Assembly: GCF_006345805.1 (NCBI RefSeq) | Contig: NC_043002.1 | Location: 100,812,001 to 100,876,000, forward strand | Length of the DNA stretch: 64,000 nt | Direction: 5' to 3' | Source: Octopus sinensis | Lineage: Eukaryota | Shown: positions 53,133 through 64,000 of the stretch, one piece after another | Numbering within the stretch: position 1 is the first letter of the stretch | How the letters are laid out: each line of letters starts with the position of its first letter | The notes under the pieces: model-generated | Database searches by the model: none | Told to the model about the DNA's origin: nothing | What the model saw: only the letters and a program-made list of their open reading frames with translations | Position numbers and translations under genes: made by a program

Positions 53133-55120
53133 GTTGATTTCCTGCTGCTTAAAATAAAGTATATATATATATATTTTATAATTATGAGTATAATTATTTT
53201 TGCTGAACCCTAATTATAATTATACTCATAATCATTAATTTTTTGTTTAAGTTTACCAATAATGGTTCTTTTCACATACCGAACTACTTGGTAAAATTAT
53301 TAATTATTGATTAATTAATTAATTTTACCCTTTATTACTATTGATAATATATATATACTTGACTTAAGTTGAATCACCAAGTTAGTCCAGTATTATCCGC
53401 ACACAGCTCGAAAGTGAATAAAATCAAAATAAGCAACAGGATATCAATTAGTGAATCAGTACGGCCGTTTCAAATGGATCCATTTATTTGAACAATGCAA
53501 TCATTACATTAATTTAAATGCAGTGGCATATTCAACTCCACAAATACATAGTAAGACATTCATATAATTATTCTAAAATATTTTAACAGAGGAAGAAGAT
53601 GGAAGAAATTGTAGCTAAGAATGAAGTACACTTCTAAGAATAGCATGTAGTCAAGTGGGGTCATAATGTTGTAAGGAATTATAATTCATTTCCAATTCAT
53701 TTATCATCTACTAAATCTATTTATCATCTACTAAATCTAAGACTAGAAACTGTGTCTATTTTGAATAAAGGGCAACGGTGCGTTGACAGCTAATGGCTAG
53801 TTAAGGTCATAAATATTATCATATGTATCCCTTTTCCGGAGGGAGGAAATAAGACATTAGAAGTTGTAAGTTAAATATAAGTAACTGTCTATGAAAAGAG
53901 GCAGGGTGGTGGTAGACATTAAATCATGATGTTAATTACCAGTTAAAGAGGTAAGACACTAGGAAAATTAAGATCTTAATACAAAGGAAATTATATTTTG
54001 GGACACTATGGATGATTGGTTATATACAATATTGTTATGTTGTATAAAAATAAATTTCAGAATTTCAAAAATGATATCATAAATGAAATTGGTAAAGGGT
54101 GTGTATATATCAATTCTAAACATTAGAACGGAAAGATTACGTAGAATCAGTTTAATATTCATTCATGTACTTAATTAATTTCTTATTAGGTAGTTTCTAT
54201 AAAGATCGCTCAGGGCATTTACCTATCGAATAACTGGACAAATATACATGCTATCTATTAATTTTAAACTACGAATCAGAAAAATAGTAAAGATGCATAC
54301 AGATTCGCACACATTTATATATGTGTATATATGCATATATACACGTACATAAGTATTTATACGTTTATATGGATATATTATAACCATCTTGCATGAACTT
54401 AAGTAACTGAAAAATATATATTTAAGAACAAGAAAAATAACAATTTATAGGTGATAAGAGGTTAATAAGTAAGGATCTCAAAATATGAAAACAAAATAAG
54501 AATTTATAGAAAATAATAGAAAGCCATATAACATACATATAAAGAGTATTAATATTAGAGATAGAGAAGAGATAAAGGTAACCCGAAAATAGGGGGTAAT
54601 AGGCATTGAAGTAGTGAGGGCAATTAAAGGTATTCAGACCGAAGAGATTATATATGTTGTAATGTTACAGATGCTATTGAGTGTATGATTTTGTAGTCTC
54701 TAAGATGTATATGATTTAGTCGAAAGTTGACGTACATAAAGTCACTGCAAATATACGTAATATGAACAGAAGGGCAGAACATCATAGAAAGAAAAATACT
54801 GTGATAGGCAGGGTCTATCATGGGGTAGTATTATATATAGCATACCACATATCATCATTCCTATCGTCGTTTTTGTTATTATTATTATTATAATTATTAT
54901 TACTATTACTACTACTATAATCTGTGTTATTATTGTTGTTATTATTTATATTTCCTTCAAAAGGCATTGTATCAGAAATACTTGTGCTAGTATAAACTTC
55001 GACGTCACCGTCTATATTGTACATATTAGATATGTTAGGACTGTTTTTTCTAATTCCCCACTTCCATTAATATTATCATCATTTTAGTGGTTTAAACTAG
55101 TGTTGACAACACTATTATTA

Positions 55121-55174
<54 letters not shown>

Positions 55175-55195
55175 CATTATTATTATTATTATTAT

Positions 55196-57088
55196 CATTC
55201 AGTAGCTTTATTTTTATAGCGTGCTTTCACTTCACTACCGATCGCAGCTCTGTGTGCCATAGGTATGTGCTGTGATTTGTTGTGATACTCTGATGGTTAT
55301 TGTATGGAAAGTGTTCTGCGTAGGATGTGTGCAGTGCCTAGTAGTGCAATTTTCTGTATGTTATATGTGTTTGTAAGTCCTGGTGTTTTTGTTATGTATT
55401 TGTCTGAATATTTTTTTATCATGCCTAATGCACCTACTATGATAGGAATTGTTTCTGTTTTCAGATTCCACATTCTGGTTACCTCTATTTCCAGGTCTTT
55501 GTATTTTGAAAGTTTCTCCATTTCTTTTAGAGACACGTGGTCATCTGCTGGTATTGATACATCAATTAGAAAGCATTTTTTTCTTCATGATCTCTGACAA
55601 CTATATCTGGTCTGTTTGCCTTAATTTCTCTATCTGTGTGTATTGGCATATCCCAGAACATAGTTGCTTTCTCGTTTTCTGTGACCTTTTCTGGCGTGTG
55701 CCTATACCATCTTTTTTCTGTTGTTATTCCATAATGTTGGCATAGCTTCCAGTGTATGTAGGTTCCAACTCTGTCATGTCTGTGAATATATTCCTTCTTA
55801 GCCAAGACTGGGCAGCCAGAGATAATATGATTTATTGTTTCTTGTCCATCTCCACATATTCTGCAGTTACTTGTTATATTTCTTTTCATTACATGTTTTT
55901 GGTAATTTCTGGTGGGGAGGCTTTGGTCTTGTGCTGCAATTAAAAATCCCTCTGTCTCTGCTTTGAGTCCTGAGCTTCTCAACCATTGCTGGGATTTTTC
56001 TTGGTCTATTTCTTTTCCGTTTAGTTTAGTTCAGTATTTAACATGAAGGGGCTTTTCTTGCCATCGTTTTATCATGGTTCGTTGCTGTTCTATTTTTAGT
56101 TTGGATTTCATTTGTTTTATAGCTTTTGTTGCTTCTTCATCATAATCTTCTTCTTCTTCTTCTTCTTCTTCTTCTTCTTCTTCTTCTTCTTCTTCTTCTT
56201 CTTCTTCTTCTTCTTCTTCTTCTTCTTCTTCTTCTTCTTCTTCTTCTTCTTCTTCTTCTTCTTCTTCTTCTTCTTCTTCTTCTTCTTCTTCTTCTTCTTC
56301 TTCTTCATATTTATTAGGTGGTATGATTTCTTGTTTGTATTTGTCAGCTTCCTTAAATACTGAGAACATTTTTCGTTTTGCTCGTGTTTTGCCGCTATTT
56401 GTATCAGTTTTCCTTCCTTCTGAAGTAGATATTTTTGCGGTTCTATGGTGGTTATTTTATAGTAGTTTTCCAGCTGTATAAGGCCTCTACCACCTTCTAT
56501 ACGTTGTATATATAGTCTTTCTATGTCAGATTTTGGGTGATGCATCCTAGATCCTGTCATTATTTTTCTTGTTTTCCTATCTATTTTGGTCAGTTCATTT
56601 AGTGTCCAGTTAAGGATATTGTAGCTGTAACTTATAACTGGGACAGCTAAAGTATTAATACCTATTATCTTGTTTTTAGCATTGAGCTCTGTTTTTAGTA
56701 TTGATCTAACTCGTCTATAATATTCTTTTTTTATTTTCTCTTTCATTTTTGTGTGTTGTGTCTTATCTAGTTCATGGATTCCTAAGTATTTGTAAGTTTG
56801 GTTTTGGTCTAATTATTTTATTTCATTGGTTTTATCTAGTGTGATGTTGCTACTCTTAACCAGTTTTCCTCTTTTGATGGTTACTTTGGCGCATTTTTGT
56901 AATCCAAATTTCATATCTATTTCTTTGGTAAATCTATAAACTCTCTTTAATAGTGTTTCCAGCTGTTTGTCGTTTGCAGCGTATAGTTTTAGTTCATCCA
57001 TATATAAAAGGTGGCTGATCGTTTTGCCGTAACATTTATATCCGCATCCAGTTCTATTTAGCATATCAGATAGAGGTGACAGTGCCAA
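55196..57088 (-). mobile_element. R4/Dong element (right-arm mirror)
   Basis: ORFs 55566-55982-, 56117-56746- and 56813-57088-; longer uninterrupted (GAA)n. Confidence 0.92.
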
Positions 57089-57115
57089 TTATCATTATTA
57101 TTATTGTTATTATTA

Positions 57116-57179
<64 letters not shown>

Positions 57180-57824
57180 TGTTTAACTATATGATGGTAC
57201 CTATATTGAGGAGGATAGAATACAATATTCTAACTGTCTTACGGGAAAATATTCTATTATATCTATAGGAAACAGGGAAGTTTTTTTTCTCCAAAATTTC
57301 CATAAATTCCTTATATATGTTGGTGGATATGGCACAGTTGAATGGAACATTAAACCAGACCAAATCCTTATTTTCAGTTCTCTTTCGTATATAAAGACCG
57401 AATCTACTTCCTCTTTCACCACCTTCCAAACTCGTGACTTGATTATTAGGTATGGCTATACTATCAGAATTTTTCTTATCATTAGATGGTGGCATAATCC
57501 GCTCAACCGCCTCACTACAATTATTATACAAACTATTATTCCTACTCGTTATAGTATCTAATTTGTAATTGTTACTTATCTCATTATTTAAATTGATGGG
57601 TTTGGCGGATGCTTTCATAGTAGATCTGTTTCCCCGACCAAGTAAGCCTGTATTCTCCCTCTAATTATTTATATTATTAGTAGGCGTTATATTTTCTGTG
57701 TTAAAAAATTAATTCTATGGTTGTATCATGCCTTAGACAAAACAATATAATGATTACATTGCTGAATTAAATGGAGCCGCTTGGAACGGTCGTACTGCAT
57801 CACTACTTGATATCTTGTTGCTTA

Positions 57825-57878
<54 letters not shown>

Positions 57879-59522
57879 GATAGATATATACATAGATAAG
57901 TAGGACATATTCACACCCAAAAACAGAAAATACAATTATTTTAGATTTAGACCATATATTTTGTTCTTTACCAATAAAATAAAATCAACAAACCTCCAGG
58001 TAACTTTATATTAGACACGTTTCCAAATTTATGTACTACATGAACACATTGACGAAAAAATTCAATTTTTTAAATCATATCTGAGTTATAAAGCAAAACA
58101 AACATTTAAATATTTCATACGAATTCCATTAAAAAATAAGATAATTTTAGAAGTTCACTTACGTATACGAAAAGGACAAAGCTGTGAAGAAATTTAAAAG
58201 AATGAAGACTGCGAACACAATGAGTATCTATAACTGAATGTAAGATCTTCAATACTAATAAACAGCTGCTGACAATATATCTCAGTGCCAAACCTGAAGT
58301 GGATAAGAATGACAATTTATAAAATACTTGCTGAGAACTAAAGATATTTTATGGCTCGTAGAGAAGTGAAAACAACGGTTTCTTCTTCTGCACCTGAAGT
58401 TAATAAAGTGAATAAATAAAGGGTGCCCCGATCGACACGACAGAAAAGATAATATCGTAGAGTGATTGATCGATAGATAGACAGATATGCACATATATAC
58501 ATCTACGTCGGGTTTTTGACGTCACGTGGTTCAAGAGCTTTAATTTTCTTGCTCATTCAGTTTTTTAAAACCTTACATTTCAAATAAATAATGTCAGACA
58601 CAAGGGTATCACAGCAATTGAAAGGGTTCGCTGTAATCGCTGCCTTAAAAGCGCAGAACAGTTATACGGAGATAGCTCAAACGCAGAAAGTTTCTCTTTA
58701 TTTACTTATTTATTTATTTATCTATTTAAGATCTAGTGGTGAGTGCCTATCGTCGATGTACAGGGCATGTTAGCTCCTTCAGTGAAAGTGAGCAGAACGA
58801 CATGATCTAAACAGCTTCTTCTCCGGTACACTGACGGTGCTCATAGAAACATGCTTTTTACGGATAAGAAAATATCCACCGTAGAAGAAAGTTACAACCA
58901 ACAATATTGGGAAGGTTCTTAGTTTGAAGAAGAAGAAATAACATTGTTGATTAGGTGAAGGAGACATAACAATATTATTAAGAAGAGGAAATAACATTAT
59001 TTTTGTATTTGTTTTTGAGCAGCGAAGGAGTTTTACACTCTTTTATCATAAAGAATATCTACTCAGTTACTGACATTGCGTGTCCTAGGATAAAGAACGC
59101 TATAATTTGGCGGTTTCCCTCCATTATCCTGTTTTTTTTTCGCTAACTTTGGCCCTCCGTAAATTGCAAAATTATATTTTGGTATTTATGGAAGCAACTG
59201 TCTTCGAAGTCTCATATTGTCATTTATTACTCGAAATGGGGAGTAGATAGACATCCGACAACTGATGAAGAACATTCTTTGTATTATTTGTCCTTTTTTC
59301 ACTCGTTATTTGCTTATTTTATTCATTTGTTTTCGGAATTCATGTTGTTTACTGTTGGTTACGTCCTGTACCCATATATGTACACACATACACACACACA
59401 CACACACATATATATATATTACTTATAATTTTATTTAATTGAACGCAACGTATCCATTTCCAAGTAAGTATATACATGCTTACATACATACATACACACA
59501 TACATGCATACATGCATACATA

Positions 59523-59607
<85 letters not shown>

Positions 59608-59844
59608 AATATAATCAAAAGGGTAATAATATAGATTACTACCAGTGGCCCAGCACAAAGGACGAATTAGTCATTAGACAAAATATTATTCATATAGAAA
59701 AATATTATTCATGTAGAAATATAATTAAGGGCTCCTAAATAAGGATGCCAAGTGCTAGGGACACAAAAAAGGGATAAATTTATCGAGAGTGAAAATCAAA
59801 AACATTTACCAATCAGCTTGGCCGCAGCTCTGAGCTGAAACTAC

Positions 59845-59894
<50 letters not shown>

Positions 59895-59898
<4 letters not shown>

Positions 59899-61785
59899 TG
59901 TAGTTTCAGCTCAGAGCTGCAGCCAAGCTGATGCACCGTCGTTTTGCTACAGTGTTATTACTGTAGAGCCTCCTCCAATATGTGGCACATGGTGAAGAAT
60001 GGAGTTTGATATAGCTAACCTCTTTTGCACCTCTTGCCGTGAGGTAGGTTCATCTGTGACTCTCGACAGGAAGAGTTCCAGATTTGATTTAAGAACGCCT
60101 ACATCTACTTTGTGCAGGTTCATTAGCCTCTTTGGGAGAATATTAAAAAGTTGTGGGCCCTTGAAACCCAGGCAGTTGCTGTAACTGCTCCTGAAGCGCG
60201 ATGGCGTTGGTGGGATCTTTGGCACTAAGCAGTGTCGTCCCGTTCTGGCATTGGTGTAGCTTTCAGTGCCAAAATTTGGCACAATCATTTCCAGGATCTT
60301 CCAGATGTATATTACTGCATACCTCTCCCGCCTTCTCTCCAGGGAATAGAGTCTTAGCTGTTTCAGCCTTTCCCAGTACCTGAGCAGTTGCAAAGGGACG
60401 GTCTTCTTTGTGAATATTCTCTGGATTGCTTCAAGGTCCGCTGTTAATTTCACGCTGTTGGGTGACCATAGATGTGAGCAGTAATCCAGGCGACTGTGGA
60501 CGACTGTCCTCCAGAGGACCATCTTGGTTTTCATATCCCTGGTTCTGAATGTTCTCAGGATCCATCCAGCTAGTCATCTGCACTTTCTCGACATCTTGGT
60601 AATGTTCAATTGGAAAGAGGTATCATCACTCATGTGGATACCCAGGTCTCTCACTGATTTAGGCTCTGGGATTGAAATTCCCTGTGTACTAGTGTATCCT
60701 GTAAGTTTCATATTCAGTTTTGGACGCTGGTAGCGCAGGGCTTGGAATTTTCCAGCACTAAACTGCATAATATTATCATCAGACCATCTGTAACTTGGGT
60801 CCAACTCCTACTGCAGATGTGCAACATCGCTGGGGTTCTGTATTTTCTGCGAGACTTTCGTATCGTCTGCGTAACTTGCAGGGGTGGCTATCTGGGTTCT
60901 TCAGGTCATATCTGAGAGAGCCACTCTAAAGACAGTCCCAAGACAGTGCCTTGTGGAACACCGTTCACTGTTCGTGTTTTCGTTGAAGTGGCTCCGTTAG
61001 CCACTACTACCTGACTTCTTTCTTTCAGAAAGTCATGTGACCACTCTCCAAGTTCTCCAGCTATGTCGAGATCACGCAGTTTGTGGCATATCATACCATG
61101 ATCCACCTTGTCAAAAGCTTTTGCAAAATCAAGGTATATTACGTCCATACTTGAGTTGTTGAGTAACTACCTCAACACCCAGTCATAATGTTGTAAGAGC
61201 TGGGTCAAGCAGCTCCTACCTGGTCGAAAGCCATGGTGGGTATATCTCAGTTATTTTCTTCAAGGAATGCAATTACTTTCCCTCTGACTATCCGTTCCAT
61301 GACTTTGCTGATGTGTGAAGTCAAAGAGATAGGCTTATAGTTTTGGGCATCTGCTCTGCTTCCCCCTTTATGGATTGGGCATATTATTCCCTCCTTCAGC
61401 TTGCTTAGCTGTCTCTGGAAGAGAATCTGGTGGGGTTTTGCCAGCGCATGCTTACACGATTTGAGCAGGATTGCTGGGAATCCATCAGGACCAGCAGTTG
61501 AGTTTGTGTCCACTTCGACTATGGCTAGTGGTATATCTTCTTCACTAATGTCAATGTATTCCATCGTAATTGCCTCGCTGGTTGTATGTGAAGCGGCAAA
61601 GAAGTCCACTGGTTCGTTCAATTGTCTGTGTTCCAACGGAGAGGTAAAGACACTTTTGAACTGATCATTCAGTACCTCACTGATCCTAGTTGGACTGTCT
61701 GTGAGGGAGCCATTCTTTTGGAAGAGGGGTTCTATCTTTACGCGTACTGAGGCTGTTTCTTTCGCGTAAAGAAAGAAGGCCTATG
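59895..61785 (-). mobile_element. CR1/L2-group LINE (right-arm mirror)
   Basis: ORFs nearly identical to the left-arm copy. Confidence 0.92.
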
Positions 61786-61789
61786 TTAT

Positions 61790-63135
61790 GTTTAAGTTTG
61801 AAAATATAAATTATTAGCAATATGTTATAGAGACGCAAGAAAGCAAATTTTGCGTATGTTGAAAAAGTCGTGGGTATTCTACTACCTTTTTCCTTACTTC
61901 AACTGGATCCTTTTTAACGTTAAATAGCGACTTTAAGATGTAATATTCTGAGAACTCGATTAATTTCACCTGCATCACTTTGTGAGTATTGCAAGGATCA
62001 ACTCAATATGGTTGAATATCTGTGTAATATCATCTTCCGCCAAGTCAGTGAACTTTTCACAGTATTCTTCACTTAATTAATCCAGAACACCTGCATGTTC
62101 ATCAACGGTTTCAAGCGGATGTTCGTGGTCATAAATAGCCTTAGCTAAATGAGGAAAGTGTACAGTTAAAATTTCATTTTAAAGGAAAAAATCTTTCAAA
62201 ATAGAAAGTTTTTTTCGGAAATGCTTGAACTTTTGCCACGTCATAAATTTTGTTTTACCCTACAAACAAATATTCAAGTCATTTTGCTTTGGCATGATAT
62301 ATCAAAGAAATACAGTATTTGTATAGAAATATTCATCTAATAATTCACATTGTTTATTCTGTTCCTAATAAATTTTATTATCTGTCCTTGCAAGTCAACA
62401 CACTAGAGAGATACATCAAATGCACACCGAATACTTCATTGTCCAACCGCAGCACGTTATGTAAATAACGTAGCATTGTTGCATTGGTACGAATATAGTT
62501 AACAATATAGTTAAAAAAGTAAATTTTGCTGATGATATATACGAGGAAAATTTATGAGAACATCTGGATCTAATACAACTTATCTAAGCAATAAATCTTT
62601 TACGTTTTCCAGTCATGGAAGGAGTACCATCTGCACATATACAAGTGTGAATTTGCTCTGTTACATTGGGGGATAACTTATACTGCTGTTCAGTTATGGT
62701 TCTCTTCGAAAGAGGTAATTGTTTATATTTTGAAATCTTATCGGAGTTTGAGCATGCTTTGACTTCAGTAATACACTGTTTCATAATTCCCACATCCCTG
62801 AAAGGCTTACTTTTTTTCCTCAGTATAATAGCAACTGTACAAGTTGCTTCTGTGACATAATTTTCAGATTTCGGCACAGACTGAAATAGCTGTATTTGCT
62901 TTTGTTTTCCATTCTTTAAATATTTGCAGACCAAAATTTCGTGTCTCTTCCTCTAAATTGAAATATTTATTATCTTTATGAGTCGTATAGAGTTGATGAG
63001 CATTAAGTGTTAATGTCGTTATCGCAATATCACAAAGAAAACAAACCTTCTTAACTTTCCAAGGTACAAATTAATACTGCAGTCCCTAATCTTCATTAAT
63101 GACCCTGTTTTCTTCCTGCATTGTGGTCTTGGTCT
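61790..63135 (-). mobile_element. hAT remnant (right-arm mirror, with a 33-bp deletion)
   Basis: ORF 62584-62934-; lacks left-arm 41500-41532. Confidence 0.85.
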
Positions 63136-63462
63136 TTTTTTTTACGTAAAAGTTTCCTTAGAATTTAAGAAATACGAATCTGCGATGATGCTGTGTAAGT
63201 ATTGTCCCTTTTAATAGAGAGTCACAATACATCACTGTCACAAGTGGACGAAACACTGTCATTCTGGAAAACCCTTCACCGTTGCAATCTAGCCCGGTTT
63301 CCAGATAGTGCTATTTGCATTATTAAATTTCTCATTTAGTTCTTGATATCATTATTTACTTTGCTGTCTTAAACAACGAAAACCAAGACCCCATATCAAA
63401 TATTCTTTTAGGACTACTACCACCTACTATCTATTGCCTACAACTAAGCCTTCACCAGTAAA

Positions 63463-63513
<51 letters not shown>

Positions 63514-63584
63514 TAAAATGACAATTACAAAGAAAGAATGTAAAAGAAATATGGAAACTGATTTTATTAACTGAATTGTTTTCT

Positions 63585-63785
63585 ACTCGAAGAACAAAAC
63601 CGGAAATTTTGGGGAAAGGTGCCAGTTGATGAGATCGACCCCAATACGCAACCGGTACTTAATTTATTGACGCCGAAAGGCAAAGTCGACCTCGGCGGAA
63701 TTTTGAACTCAGAACATAAAGACAGACGAAATACCGTTAAACTTGTCGCCTGGTGTGCTAACGATTTTGCCAGGTCGCCGCCTTG
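63585..63785 (-). mobile_element. SINE family B collapsed to a single hybrid unit (right arm)
   Basis: Joins unit-1 gactttgcctttc directly to unit-2 ggcgtc; lacks left-arm 40034-40225. Confidence 0.85.
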
Positions 63786-64000
63786 GATTTTATTTACTGA
63801 ATTACCTTAAAGATGGAACGATATGTGCGCGGGGAAGACGATAGAGCGGGAAGGAGAATTCCCTTTCATTAAAACTTGAGGAATAACAATTTCTAGCATT
63901 TTCTCTCTCACTTCACTTCATTTAATATTTTTGGATACACGTTCACCACTTTTTTTAATTTGCAGGTCTTTGCATTAGAAACATATCAAGATAAGCCTGC

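Larger units (their letters stand above)
39708..64000. repeat. Giant inverted repeat (palindrome): left arm about 39708-51900, right arm about 51946-64000 and running off the window
   Basis: The last bases of the window are the reverse complement of gcaggcttatcttgatatg at 39708. Paired ORFs mirror each other (e.g. 42280-42669+ with 61247-61636-, 43382-43969+ with 59947-60534-, 48860-49066+ with 54818-55024-). The axis lies in a (TA)n tract at about 51903-51945. Confidence 0.97.

Overview
AT-rich, microsatellite- and transposon-dense animal nuclear DNA. It is most likely octopus, an inference from my recognition of the tRNA-derived SINEs and their abundance. No prokaryotic features or CRISPR arrays are present. 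Most of the window is decayed transposons: RTE, CR1-group, R4/Dong, L1/Tx1-like, Penelope-like, Helitron, hAT, mariner, Tigger and SINEs. Three things stand out. (1) A host gene missed by the ORF track: three phase-compatible coding exons (13244-13313, 26104-26244, 31426-31580, + strand) with canonical GT-AG sites splice to a 121-aa signal-peptide protein. It has 10 mature cysteines arranged as two exon-encoded copies of a C-x6-C-x6-W-x7/8-C-x4-C module, and a tRNA-Cys(GCA)-like gene sits 43 bp into the intron after the signal-peptide exon. (2) A nearly spacer-less palindrome with arms of at least 12 kb (39708-64000, axis about 51920 in a (TA)n tract). Its arms differ like two alleles and are noisy near the apex, so it could be a real fold-back duplication or an assembly join of two haplotypes. 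(3) (AAT)n-targeted R4/Dong retrotransposons with an apparent non-autonomous partner, plus several Penelope-type hammerhead ribozyme motifs. All calls were made by eye. TE boundaries are approximate unless TIRs or tails are quoted, and no database search was run.
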